A DNA stretch of 64,000 nucleotides from an uncultured Fibrobacteria bacterium (GCA_963716395.1 OY970309.1:1856001-1920000), one strand, 5' to 3'; positions 46,541 to 56,760 are shown, numbered from the stretch's first letter. Notes: a model not told the origin generated them from the sequence alone. Made by a program: numbers and translations.

Positions 46541-48006
46541 GCGAAACTCCGGGGTCGTTGGGACGCGCCGCCGGATCGGCCTTGCGCTGGAACTCCGTCG
46601 GCGTCGGGGTATCCATGGTGTCGCAATTCGTGCAGTTGCTGGTGCTGGCGCGCCTTCTGGCTCCGCGTGAATTCGGATTGGCGGCATCGGCTCTGGCCGT
46701 TGCCGGGTTTGCGCAGGGCTTCACCGATTTGGGGCTTGGCAATGCCCTGGTCCAGCACGGCGAAGTCGACAACCCGCTTTGGTCCAACGCGTGGCGCGCT
46801 TGCGCCGGCACCGGATTGATTCTGGCTGCGGCGCTTTTCGCCTCGGCACCGGCCTGGGCCGCGCTGCTGCGCTTACCGGGACTGGCCCCGGTATTGGGCC
46901 TGGCAGCGCTGGCTTTGCCCTTCGCCGGGCCGGCCAGCGTGTACCAGGCCAAAGCGCAACGGGAGCTTCGCTTCGCGCGCTTGGCGACCGCCGAAATCGT
47001 CGCCGCCCTCTTCTCCCTGGCGGCGGCTCTGGCCTGGGTGGCCTGGCGCCGCGATGCCCTGGCCGTGGTGGCGGGGCAAATCACTTTGACCTCCGTGCGC
47101 TGCCTGGCCTTGGCGCCGGCCTCGCGCATCGCGCCCCTGCGCGGACCCTGGCGTTGGTCCGATCTGCGCCCCGTCGCCCGTTTCGGCGGCTTTCAATTGG
47201 GCGAACGCGCACTGAACGCCGCGGCCGGCAATCTCGATCGCCTACTGGTGGCCCGCTGGCTTGGCGCCGCGGCCGCGGGTTATTACACCTTGGGATCGCA
47301 AATCGCCTTGCGGCCCATGGTGCTGTTGGCACCGTTCGCCTTCCGCACCTTGTTCCCGCTGTGGTCGCGGTTGCAGGACGACCGCCGCCGCATCGCGGTT
47401 TCTTTCATCCACTCCGTATCCCTTCTGTGCCTGTTGGCCGCGGGGGTATACGCCCTGCTCGGCGGTCTGGCCCCCGCGTTGGTGCGGGTTGTGCTTGGTC
47501 CGGGATGGGAACCCGTATCACCCGTGTTACGCATTCTGGCGGGCCTCGGCTGGATTTGGACCGCCTCGCAACCCTTGGCCAGCGCCACCCTGGCCCTTGG
47601 CCGCGCGCGCGCCAGCTTTTGGCTCAACGTGCTGGTGCTGGCCACCAATGCCGCCGGGGTGCTGGTGGGGTTGCATTTCGGCCTCACGGGTGCGGCCTGG
47701 GGCATTTTGGCCGCGGCCGCGGCACTGCTCCCGCTCGACGTGATGCTTGTCCGCCGCTGGTTGCAGATTCCGGCGCGGCAATTTTTGGCGGCCGCCGCCC
47801 GGCCCTTGCCCGCGGCCCTGGCGGCGGGGATTGCCATCGCCAACCTGATCGCGTTGCCGTGGTGGTCAGCCTGGCCGAGATTCGCGGCGCTGGCGGTGCA
47901 GGGGATTTTAGCCGTCGCTGTCTATGCGGCGGCGTCCCGGGTATTTCATCGCCGCGGCTGGCCTGAGGCTTGGGTTGAAATGAAGACAAAAATTTTTCGT
48001 GTTTAA
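46537..48006 (+). CDS. Oligosaccharide flippase (Wzx/PST family)
   Basis: LARLLAPREFGL, DLGLGNALVQ and LDRLLVARWLG..AAGYY motifs. Confidence 0.9.
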   Translation: MSETPGSLGRAAGSALRWNSVGVGVSMVSQFVQLLVLARLLAPREFGLAASALAVAGFAQGFTDLGLGNALVQHGEVDNPLWSNAWRACAGTGLILAAALFASAPAWAALLRLPGLAPVLGLAALALPFAGPASVYQAKAQRELRFARLATAEIVAALFSLAAALAWVAWRRDALAVVAGQITLTSVRCLALAPASRIAPLRGPWRWSDLRPVARFGGFQLGERALNAAAGNLDRLLVARWLGAAAAGYYTLGSQIALRPMVLLAPFAFRTLFPLWSRLQDDRRRIAVSFIHSVSLLCLLAAGVYALLGGLAPALVRVVLGPGWEPVSPVLRILAGLGWIWTASQPLASATLALGRARASFWLNVLVLATNAAGVLVGLHFGLTGAAWGILAAAAALLPLDVMLVRRWLQIPARQFLAAAARPLPAALAAGIAIANLIALPWWSAWPRFAALAVQGILAVAVYAAASRVFHRRGWPEAWVEMKTKIFRV

Positions 48007-48052
48007 AATCACATCGGCACCGCCGCACCGGCCGCCGGAGAGTTCCTGCGAA

Positions 48053-50752
48053 TTAATGCGCGTTCAACACCAAGCGGCGCCATACATGGCCGTCTGGTTG
48101 GCGTAATTGCAAGACCACCAAACCCTCGGACAGGCCGTGTAGGTCCACCGAGCTGCCGTCGGAGGCAGGCTGCAAGATCAAGCTGCTAACGCCGTGGCCG
48201 TTGATGGGGGTGACCGTCAATTGCGCCGCTTGCGACAGTCCAAAAAGACGGAAACGGCCGTTGCCCAGGTTTTGCAGGACAAGGTCCTTCGCCGCAGACG
48301 ACGGCCGGACGCCCGCATTCCCCGGTAAAATTTGAAAGACGTGATCGCTGAGGTCACGGGTACGCCCGAAATACTCATACACGGTGACCAGGCAGCGGTT
48401 TGAAACCAAGGATTTTCCATCCAAAGAATCGGGCAACTGGAAGGCGAAGCGGCCCCAATCGGCATCGCCGACGCGCACCGAACTGGTGCGGGTGAGGGGA
48501 ATCCAACTCGCGCCGCTATCCACGGAAAGCTCGATGCCAACCGAAAGCACCCACGACGTGTCGGCGGTCCAACGCACAATCAGGGAATCGCCGACTCGAT
48601 ATTGCTCGCCCCCGTTGGGCGCATTCACCTGCACGGGTGTGGGCGCATCGCTGTAGGCTTCGATCGCGGCCAAGCCATAACCGCCGCCGTCGGCCGCGCT
48701 GAGCGAGATGCCGAGTCCGTTGCTGTCGGATACCGTGACATCCGTCTCAAAAATCATTGCCCCGATGGCACCCGCGGGCTTGGCCGGCGCCGCGAAGGGC
48801 GCTCCGATGGTTTGACCTTCGAGTCCCACGCTCAAACTTGAGGTTGCCTTCGCCGACGCATCGTTCAAGCTGGTGAAATGCAGACGCACGTGATAGCGGT
48901 TGTTGGGTACCGGCAGGGTCAAACCGGAAGGGCTGTTGCGATAGAGGCGGTAGGCGACCGCGGGAGCCGGGTCGATGACCGAATCCAGTTGCACGATGGT
49001 GTCGCTTTGCCGCACCAGCGGCATCGTACCCAGGAGGGAGGTATCCGGCAGCCAGCCCGCACCCAGGGCGGGTTCAGCGGCATAGCGCCATACGCCTTTG
49101 GCCACCACCACCGAAGTGGTGCACACCACGGCCCCTTCAGACCCGTAAGCGGAAAAGGTGTGGAAGACCTGGCTCGAATCCGCGGTGGCTTGTCCGCCGG
49201 AGGTGAGATGCAAACCGGAAGAACCGGTCCAGGTCAAGGGCGATGCCAAAGTCCAGGGCCGTCCGATTTGATCCTTTCCATCCGCCGCGAGCTGCACCGT
49301 GTCGCCCGGCCGGAGCACGGCCGTATGCGGACGCGGCACCAGGGTGGTGAGCGCCGGATTGGCATACAGGAAGGTTACGGTGTAAGCCGCTGAATCGACG
49401 CCCTGGCCATAGCTCAAAACCACACGGGCCCTATAACTTCCCAGGGGCAGATTTTTGCGGGTCACGGTGTTGACCACCTGCGGGGCATTGGTGCCATTGG
49501 CGAGAATCGTGACCCGCAGCCAGGTGGTGTCGGAATCGGGATAGGCGGCCGTCAACGGCGGCAAAACGCCATCGCCGGCGTTGGATACATGCGTCGTGTC
49601 GGGTCCAGGGTCGGCGCTGTCTTGCGGCAGCGCGGTGAACAGGAAGGCATCGCGATCCAGGCGAAGAGTGGCCGGGGTTACGCCGTTTTTGACCCACAGA
49701 TGCGGGGTCAGATTCACCCCGTCGCCTTCCAACACCCGCAGCAGGCGGCTGGGACCGGAGGTATCGATGCGCACGATGTAGAGATCGCCCGAATCGGCGA
49801 TATCGACGTCTTTGGATCCGGTGGCCGTGAAATAGTCTTCGTCGGTGGACCATTCGGGGTTACCCCAGAATAGATTGCCGCTGCTGTCGTTGTTGCAGTT
49901 GTCACCGGGAATGCCCATGTACCAGAAGGGATGATCGATGTCGGGATCATTCCAACCCCGGATGAAAATAGCCTTGTGGTTGTCGTAAACCTTGCCCTCC
50001 ACCGTGCCTTGCCCCGAGGTCAAATACATCATGCGGTCCTGGCGCGTGGGATCGGTCGACATGCTGATCGAGGCGTTGCAACCCGACAGCCATCCCGAGG
50101 TCAGCCAGTTTTTCGAGGCCAGGTAGGCCGTATCGATTCGGGTGGAATCGAGTTCGTACATGCCGGTGCTGTGGTGTGACGAAGCGCCCCACCGCCCGTC
50201 GCGCGAGCGACCCGTCGACATCAGATAGGGCACCAGCATCGTGGCCGGCCCCAATGTGTCATGGCCGTTGACGATGCGCCGGATATAGGTGCCCCCGCTG
50301 GCGGGCGGCCAGGTGGGGTCATTGATGTCGCCCAAGGTGTAGGTCACGTATTCGTTCCCAGTGCCGGGTTGCACCCACCAATGGGGCTCCAACGATTCGC
50401 CGCTGGGACGATCCACGCTGCCGCAGTAAACCGCGTATTCGGTTTGCGAGTTCTCGACCAGGTCGCGCACGAACACGCTATCGAAGCGTTCGTAGAGCAC
50501 GCGCGTTCCGTCCCAACTGATCATGGGGTTGGCGGCCTCGGTCGTGGCCACCCGGTGTTCCACCAGTACGCTGTCGTCAAAGTCGAGGTAATAAATCTGG
50601 TAGGTGTAGTCCCGGATGAACGCGACTTTGCCGGTGCGGCCGCCCAAAAAGGCGCGCACCTCCGGGCCGGTGACCAGGGCCTTGGCCTCCGCGGGCCGCC
50701 AGACCGACAGCATCGCCGCACCCACGGCGGCGGCCCACCCGAAAAATTTCAC
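48053..50752 (-). CDS. Large secreted multidomain protein (TolB-like propeller, BACON/Ig-like, malectin-like, Ig-like, CTD-like end)
   Basis: Signal peptide, NPMISWDGTRVLY, NPEWS, WLRV...YRARVVL, VPNNRYHVRLHF, APNGGEQYRVGDSLIVRW and a C-terminal L..LSEGLVVLQL....RRLV tail; GTG overlaps the upstream stop. Confidence 0.65.
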   Translation of the reverse strand: MKFFGWAAAVGAAMLSVWRPAEAKALVTGPEVRAFLGGRTGKVAFIRDYTYQIYYLDFDDSVLVEHRVATTEAANPMISWDGTRVLYERFDSVFVRDLVENSQTEYAVYCGSVDRPSGESLEPHWWVQPGTGNEYVTYTLGDINDPTWPPASGGTYIRRIVNGHDTLGPATMLVPYLMSTGRSRDGRWGASSHHSTGMYELDSTRIDTAYLASKNWLTSGWLSGCNASISMSTDPTRQDRMMYLTSGQGTVEGKVYDNHKAIFIRGWNDPDIDHPFWYMGIPGDNCNNDSSGNLFWGNPEWSTDEDYFTATGSKDVDIADSGDLYIVRIDTSGPSRLLRVLEGDGVNLTPHLWVKNGVTPATLRLDRDAFLFTALPQDSADPGPDTTHVSNAGDGVLPPLTAAYPDSDTTWLRVTILANGTNAPQVVNTVTRKNLPLGSYRARVVLSYGQGVDSAAYTVTFLYANPALTTLVPRPHTAVLRPGDTVQLAADGKDQIGRPWTLASPLTWTGSSGLHLTSGGQATADSSQVFHTFSAYGSEGAVVCTTSVVVAKGVWRYAAEPALGAGWLPDTSLLGTMPLVRQSDTIVQLDSVIDPAPAVAYRLYRNSPSGLTLPVPNNRYHVRLHFTSLNDASAKATSSLSVGLEGQTIGAPFAAPAKPAGAIGAMIFETDVTVSDSNGLGISLSAADGGGYGLAAIEAYSDAPTPVQVNAPNGGEQYRVGDSLIVRWTADTSWVLSVGIELSVDSGASWIPLTRTSSVRVGDADWGRFAFQLPDSLDGKSLVSNRCLVTVYEYFGRTRDLSDHVFQILPGNAGVRPSSAAKDLVLQNLGNGRFRLFGLSQAAQLTVTPINGHGVSSLILQPASDGSSVDLHGLSEGLVVLQLRQPDGHVWRRLVLNAH

Positions 50753-51456
50753 CGGAGCACCGCTGCGATGGAATCGGCCAGAATCGAGGCGATGGCTGCA
50801 TGGCCGTGATTGCCGGGATGCCATTGGATGGCAGGATCGGCATAGCCCGAGTTATAAGCGTAGTTGGCGGAGTCTTTGGCGAGGGCCGTGATATCGACGA
50901 GATGGACATCGTCAATTCCCTGCATGGCCTGGAGAACCGCGGCCGTGCGGAGGGCTGTCAGGGTCGTGTCGTTCCATACCGACAGGCAGAAAATGGGGAA
51001 GTCGCCGCCTTGCCGCAGGGCCCACAAAAGTTCGCGATATTGAAAGAGAAGTTGGCCGGTTTCCACTTCGAGGTCATTCGAATTCTCGCCCAATTGCACC
51101 ACCACCCAGCGCGGATGGGCTTGGGTCAGGTCCCAAGTCACATTGTGAAAATGTTCGTCGATGGGGCCGTCGCAAACCTCGCAGTCGCGGCGGCCATAGA
51201 AGATGCCCGCGGCGACGCCGAGTGGCTGCAAATCGCGGATGGTGGAATGGACGTAATCGCTGTCCGGAACCGTGGCTGCCATGCCGTTCTCTTGGCTCCA
51301 ACCGATGGACGGCAGCGAATCGTGCAAGGTGATGCTATTACCCAAAAACAGCACATTCGGCGGTTGTGTTTGCGTGTTGAACATGCAGGCCTGCAGGATC
51401 GAAATCCCGATCCAGGCAACCCCCCCACAACTTAAGATACGCAAGGGCCACCTCAT
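50749..51456 (-). CDS. SGNH/GDSL hydrolase, probable lipoprotein
   Basis: LQAC possible lipobox, LFLGNSIT, QLGEN and WHPGNHGH motifs. Confidence 0.8.
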   Translation of the reverse strand: MRWPLRILSCGGVAWIGISILQACMFNTQTQPPNVLFLGNSITLHDSLPSIGWSQENGMAATVPDSDYVHSTIRDLQPLGVAAGIFYGRRDCEVCDGPIDEHFHNVTWDLTQAHPRWVVVQLGENSNDLEVETGQLLFQYRELLWALRQGGDFPIFCLSVWNDTTLTALRTAAVLQAMQGIDDVHLVDITALAKDSANYAYNSGYADPAIQWHPGNHGHAAIASILADSIAAVLR

Positions 51457-51531
51457 CCGGGTGAATAATTTACTTGATTGCTTTTCTCCGCCATGTGCAC
51501 CGGTAGAGGACCTGGACCTTTTTGATCGGCC

Positions 51532-53484
51532 ATGTGCGGCATCTCCGGCTATTTCGCCTTTGCCGGTCCGGTGGAAGATCCATCGGCCTTGCAACGCATG
51601 AACCGGGCCGTGGCCCATCGCGGGCCCGACGGCGAAGGTTTGTTTCTGTTACAACGCGCCACGGGCCAGGCGCGCGCGTTTTGCGGAACGCGCACGCCCA
51701 TGACACCGCCCGAACTCGGCCCCTGCGCATCGGATTTTCGCTTCGCACATGATGTGGCCCTGGGCCATCGCCGCTTCGCCATCCTGGATTTGAGTCCGGG
51801 CGGGCATCAACCGCTGGTCGGCGACGGCGGCGCGATGGCGCTGTGCTTCAATGGGGAGATTTACAACTATGTGGAACTACGCGCCGAATTGGAAAAGTCG
51901 GGCGCGATCTTCCGCACGCGCGGCGACGCTGAAGTGCTGCTGCAAGCCTACCGCCATTGGGGCGAAGCGTGCTTCGAGCGCCTTGCCGGTTTTTGGGCCC
52001 TGGCTTTGTGGGACCAAAAACACGGTCTTTTGCTGGCGCGCGACCGGCTGGGCAAGGCGCCGCTGTATCATACATGTTACGGGGGGCGCCGGTGGTGGAG
52101 TTCGGAAATCAAGGGGCTGTTGGCCGCCGCGGGCCGCCGCGCCTTCGCGGTCCGGCCGCAGGCCGCGGCGTGGTTCGCGCGCGCGGGGTTGCGCGACTTC
52201 GGGGGCGAAACTTTTTTCCAGGGCATCCGCACCTTTCCCGCGGCCAGCTTTGCCTGGGTGCGTGAAGACGGCGACTTCGCGCTGCGGCGCTTTTGGCGGC
52301 CGCCCGCCGCGCGGCTGCGCCCTTCCGAAATCTCGGCAGCCGAGGCGGCGGTTGAATTGCGCCAGCGCCTCTTCGCGGCCGTGTCGCTGCGGCTGCGCGC
52401 CGATGCGCCCGTGGGGTTGGAATTAAGCGGCGGTCTCGACAGCTCGACCCTGGCGGCTTTCGCGGCCCGCGCCGCCGAACCGTCGGCGCCGCCTTTTGCG
52501 GCCTTCACCGTCGGCTTTCCCGACACAGCCTGGAATGAAGCGCCCTTTGCCCGGCAAGTTCTCGCGTGTTGGCCTGGGCGTTTCACCCCGCGCGAACTTG
52601 TGCCCGACGCGCACGCCGTGCTGCGAGGCCTGGCCGCCTTTCACACGCACATGGATGAACCCATCCATTCCCCCAACATGGTGATCAACCAGGAAATTTG
52701 GCGGCGCATGGCCGCCGAGGGTATCCGCGTGAGTTTGAACGGAGCGGGCGGCGACGAAGTGTTCGCCGGCTACGGCAGCGAATATTTCGGGCCCTTTGTG
52801 CGCGGATTGATCGAACGGGGCCGCTTCGCCACCGCGGCGCGCGAGTTCGTCCGCTGCAGCGAACGCCCGCCGCATTCGGCGGCGGCGTGGCTGCGACTGG
52901 CCTGGATGTTGCTGCCAGAAGGTTTCCGCCGCGGCGTGCGTCCGCCTTTTCCCGCCCAAGAGATCGACCCCCTGCGGTGGCCGCGCGGCGCCTGGCCCGA
53001 AGCTTCTCCCGAGTTCGCGCAGCGGCTGCTGGATCATCTCGGCGATTACAAAATGAATTACTGGCTACGATCGGGAAACACTTCGTGCATGGGCGTGCCG
53101 CTCGAAGTGCGGCTGCCCCTGCTCGATCACCGCGTGGTGGAATGGGCCTGCCGGTTGCCGCCGGAATATTTAATCCGCGACGGCTGGCTCAAATGGATTT
53201 TGCGCCGGGCCGTCGAACCCTGGCTGCCGCCCGAGGTCACTTGGCGGCGGGTCAAAATGGGATTTCCCTTTCCTTTGGCCGCATGGCTGCGAACGGTCAA
53301 GCCGGCTTTGATGGCCTTGGGCCGGGGCGACGCGCCCGACTTTCTGGATCGCGGACGATTGTTCCGCCATTATGATTTCCTGGCCCATCGGTATCCGGCG
53401 TATTTGTGGCGCTGCGTGTCGGTGCTGTTGTGGTGGAAGGTCGCGGTGAACGGCGAAACGCCGGTTCTCGACGCCGCGACGTGA
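51532..53484 (+). CDS. asnB: Asparagine synthase (glutamine-hydrolysing) family amidotransferase, likely glycan-modifying
   Basis: MCGI, HRGPDG, FNGEIYNY, LSGGLDSS, GGDEVFAGY and EVRLPLLD motifs. Confidence 0.92.
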   Translation: MCGISGYFAFAGPVEDPSALQRMNRAVAHRGPDGEGLFLLQRATGQARAFCGTRTPMTPPELGPCASDFRFAHDVALGHRRFAILDLSPGGHQPLVGDGGAMALCFNGEIYNYVELRAELEKSGAIFRTRGDAEVLLQAYRHWGEACFERLAGFWALALWDQKHGLLLARDRLGKAPLYHTCYGGRRWWSSEIKGLLAAAGRRAFAVRPQAAAWFARAGLRDFGGETFFQGIRTFPAASFAWVREDGDFALRRFWRPPAARLRPSEISAAEAAVELRQRLFAAVSLRLRADAPVGLELSGGLDSSTLAAFAARAAEPSAPPFAAFTVGFPDTAWNEAPFARQVLACWPGRFTPRELVPDAHAVLRGLAAFHTHMDEPIHSPNMVINQEIWRRMAAEGIRVSLNGAGGDEVFAGYGSEYFGPFVRGLIERGRFATAAREFVRCSERPPHSAAAWLRLAWMLLPEGFRRGVRPPFPAQEIDPLRWPRGAWPEASPEFAQRLLDHLGDYKMNYWLRSGNTSCMGVPLEVRLPLLDHRVVEWACRLPPEYLIRDGWLKWILRRAVEPWLPPEVTWRRVKMGFPFPLAAWLRTVKPALMALGRGDAPDFLDRGRLFRHYDFLAHRYPAYLWRCVSVLLWWKVAVNGETPVLDAAT

Positions 53485-53498
53485 TGAGGAGTTTCCGA

Positions 53499-55052
53499 TT
53501 ATTCCACCGCAAAAATCCGGTAATCAAAAACATTTTGTTGCCAGGGTAATGCGGAAGGTTTGTCCTTCCCCGTGTAAATCGCTTCAAAGAGGGGGGAAAG
53601 TTTTTGGGCGTCTGGATTTAATACCACAAAACGAACTCCACGACGCTTACAGGCGGAAATGAAATCCGCCATCGAATCCACGGGAAACTCCGGAAACTCC
53701 CGATTGTACAAATACGTTCCCCAACGCGGCGCGCCCCCATTGAAATACGGTATTTGATCGGGTAAAGTGCGGAAATACAAATCGAAGTCGCTGGTAAAAA
53801 CCTGAGTCGCTTTCCGCACTCCTAGGTCGCGCAGGTCGGCCTCAATGGCATGAAAGTCCCGTTGCAGGGTAGAGCGCTTCTCAAGCAAACGAAAATCCCG
53901 CAGGAGATTCACCCCAAGCATCAAGGCCACCAGAGTCCAGGCGCCCCAGGTCACCCACGCCGTCCTCCGATGGGAGAGAACATTCCCGTCGAATCGGTAT
54001 TCCCATGCCGTCAGCATCACCATTCCCAAGGCCAGCATGGATAGTGGCAACGCCAGTAAAATTTGCCTTCCACTCGTGGTCGCGGAAAACATCAGAAAAT
54101 AAATTGCCTCCCATGCCGCCACGATCCGCATCATCCATTTCCGCTGCGGGTGACGAACCCACAGAGCGGCGATGAGGGGCGGCCCATAGGCCTGTTTAAA
54201 AGACCATAGGGCCGTCAGATATTTTTTTAGGAATAACGCCGGATCCCCGGCGATGATGGCTCCAACCGAACCGGGCAATTTCAAATCCAAGGTGCGATGC
54301 CAGTTGATTCCATACATCAAGTCGTACACATTCATGGGACCGAATTGGGTTTCCAACAGGCCATGACCGCTGGCGAGGTTCACGGCCCATTGCAGGCTAT
54401 AGACCGTGAACACACCCGCCGAAACCGTGGCCATCGTTTTCCAAAGTTGGGGACGTATCACCACAATCGCCAGCACCAACATGCCATCGGCCACCAAAAC
54501 ATGGTAACGGAACAACGCCCCCAAACCCAGCAGGAATCCCGCCGCCAGGAAACCCCGGCTGGGTGCGGCCTGGGGCGAATCGAAGAGCCGAGAGAAAATC
54601 AGCGCGATCCCGGCGGTGAAAAAAAACAAGGCCGCCGGATCGCCGCCCCCCGCGTTCATGTAATGGAAGAACTGCACGAACAGCGAAAGTGACACCAAGG
54701 ACAGCAAGGCGAATCCCGGCGGCAGGATTTTACGGAACAGCCAACCCGAAACCGCGAGGGTCAGGGTTCCGAAGGCGACATTGACCAGAATGGCGGGACC
54801 CGCGGGATTTCCATCGCCCAGGATGAGTTTGAGCAGCAAGCCGCATCCCACCGGGTATTGCGGGTTAAACCACGATTGCCGATCCGCCCAATGCAAATGC
54901 CGGGCGTAAAACACCGTGTCCCAAAAATCATTGTGGTATTGCTGGAAATCCAAACCCCAATTCAATGCCAACGACCCAAGCGCGAAACACAGGGGAACGA
55001 TTAACCAGCCATAGCACAAAATGCCACGAGGTCTGCTGGCAGGACTATGCAA
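53499..55052 (-). CDS. Polytopic membrane protein, GT-C (ArnT/PMT-like) glycosyltransferase candidate; start uncertain
   Basis: About 10-12 TM segments, early ND acidic motif, YPVG, LGALFRY, C-terminal periplasmic domain; directly downstream of a DPM-like GT2. Confidence 0.6.
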   Translation of the reverse strand: MHSPASRPRGILCYGWLIVPLCFALGSLALNWGLDFQQYHNDFWDTVFYARHLHWADRQSWFNPQYPVGCGLLLKLILGDGNPAGPAILVNVAFGTLTLAVSGWLFRKILPPGFALLSLVSLSLFVQFFHYMNAGGGDPAALFFFTAGIALIFSRLFDSPQAAPSRGFLAAGFLLGLGALFRYHVLVADGMLVLAIVVIRPQLWKTMATVSAGVFTVYSLQWAVNLASGHGLLETQFGPMNVYDLMYGINWHRTLDLKLPGSVGAIIAGDPALFLKKYLTALWSFKQAYGPPLIAALWVRHPQRKWMMRIVAAWEAIYFLMFSATTSGRQILLALPLSMLALGMVMLTAWEYRFDGNVLSHRRTAWVTWGAWTLVALMLGVNLLRDFRLLEKRSTLQRDFHAIEADLRDLGVRKATQVFTSDFDLYFRTLPDQIPYFNGGAPRWGTYLYNREFPEFPVDSMADFISACKRRGVRFVVLNPDAQKLSPLFEAIYTGKDKPSALPWQQNVFDYRIFAVE

Positions 55053-55806
55053 GGCGCGGGGGCCTTTCCCGGAATAAACGGGATCGCCGCCAACCCCGCC
55101 GGTGCAACAGGTAAACGATTGAGGTCGCCACCACGCCCAATCCGTAGTAAACGCTGGCGCCGAATTTAATGGTAGACGCTTCCGGAAAATACTTGGTGGG
55201 GCAGGTGATTTCGGCGATGGAAAAACCGCGCTGGAAAATCTGGACAATCATCTGGTTGTCGAACAGAAACCCATTGGAATTGGCATGGTAATTCACGGAG
55301 GCCAGTACTTCCTTGGAATAAGCCCGGTACCCGGTGTGGTACTCCGATAGTTTTTGCCCTAAGCAAAGGTTTTGCAGCAAAGTGAGGAACCGATTGGCCG
55401 CATACTTGTAGCGCGGCATTCCGCCCCGCAAGGCCTGGCCGCCGAGAATACGCGAACCAAAGACCACGGGGTACACGCCGTTTGCAATTACGCTGGCCAT
55501 GGCCGACACCAGTTTCGGGGTGTATTGGTAATCGGGGTGGATCATGATGACCATATCCGCGCCCAGTTCCAACGCCTTGTCATAGCACGTTTTTTGGTTG
55601 CCACCGTATCCGCGTCGATGATCATGCACGACGACATGTCGGATCCCCAACGTCACCGCAAGCGCGGAGGTTTCATCCACGCTCGCGTCGTCCACCAAGA
55701 CCACGTCGTCGACGATATCGAAGGGCAATTCTCGGTAAGTTTTTTCCAGGGTGGCCGCCGCGTTCAGCGCGGGCAAAACCACTACCAATTTTTTACCGAG
55801 GAGCAT
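55045..55806 (-). CDS. GT2 polyprenol-phosphate glycosyltransferase (DPM1/GtrB-like)
   Basis: VVLPALN, VDDAS.D, GYGGNQKT, HPDYQY, GSR and SEYHTGYRAY motifs. Confidence 0.9.
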   Translation of the reverse strand: MLLGKKLVVVLPALNAAATLEKTYRELPFDIVDDVVLVDDASVDETSALAVTLGIRHVVVHDHRRGYGGNQKTCYDKALELGADMVIMIHPDYQYTPKLVSAMASVIANGVYPVVFGSRILGGQALRGGMPRYKYAANRFLTLLQNLCLGQKLSEYHTGYRAYSKEVLASVNYHANSNGFLFDNQMIVQIFQRGFSIAEITCPTKYFPEASTIKFGASVYYGLGVVATSIVYLLHRRGWRRSRLFRERPPRLA

Positions 55807-55991
55807 GATGCGTTAATGTACCCAACTCGAACGGGTCCACAGCAGCTCGTCTTCGCAGGTGTTGCGCCGGTCCTGCCGGGAGGACTTGCGCAAGGTCTTC
55901 CCCCATCGCGGCGTGGCCCGGCCATGCTGCATGCGATCTACTCCCGATTTTGCGAACACTCCTACCTGGGTGTAGGCAAAATCGGGGAAGA

Positions 55992-56760
55992 TCATGGCTT
56001 GCGCGCCACGAAAATCCAGGCCTCGCCGTCGTCTTCATCCCCAGCGTCGAGGCGGCAGCGTTCGATCTCTTCGCGGCCCAGTTGCTCTGCATAGCGCACG
56101 GCTTCGACCCCGAAGCCCGCGGCACGCACCCGATCCGTGAAATCACTTCCGTAAAAACGCACGTGATCGAATTGTCCGAAACGCCGATGCCGCGCGGCGG
56201 GATCGACGACAGAGGCGTCTTCGTCGGTGGGGCCTGTGCGCAGCGGCACCTGTATGACTGCCGCGCCGCCCGGACGCAAGACGCGCCGCAGCTGGCGCAG
56301 CGCCCCGCGGTCATCGGGTATGTGTTCCAGCACGTGGCTGCACAAAATCAGATCGAAGCGTTCCGATTGCATGCCCAGGTGCGCAATGTCGACGGCAACG
56401 CTCCCGCGACCGGGTTCGCGATCCGCGGCGACATAGCGCAGTGCTCGGCAAAGATTCCAACCGGTGCCGCAGGCCGGGTTCCGGGGCGAAGTGCAGAACC
56501 GACACGGGCTTGGATCCCAACGCCATTTCGCGATCCAGGAACAACCACAAAAGACGGTGCCGTTCCAAAGACAGGCAACCCGGACACATGGCTTCGTCGC
56601 GGGGCGGATCGCCTTTGGGCAGAAAGCGGCGAAAGCGACCGCCGCAAACCGGGCAATGGCGATGATGCCCCCGCAGCCAAAGACCGCGCAAACGGTAATA
56701 GGCGGGTCGCAGACAGGCTTTCCAGGGGCGCACTTGGGGCGATGGGGCCGGGTTGAACAA
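55992..56760 (-). pseudogene. SAM methyltransferase with N-terminal Zn-finger-like region, frameshifted near 56445
   Basis: CPVCG...CPGCLSLERHR...LHFAPE in one frame; LRYVAAD...DIAHL...FDLILCSHVLEH...GQFDHVR in the next frame. Confidence 0.75.
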
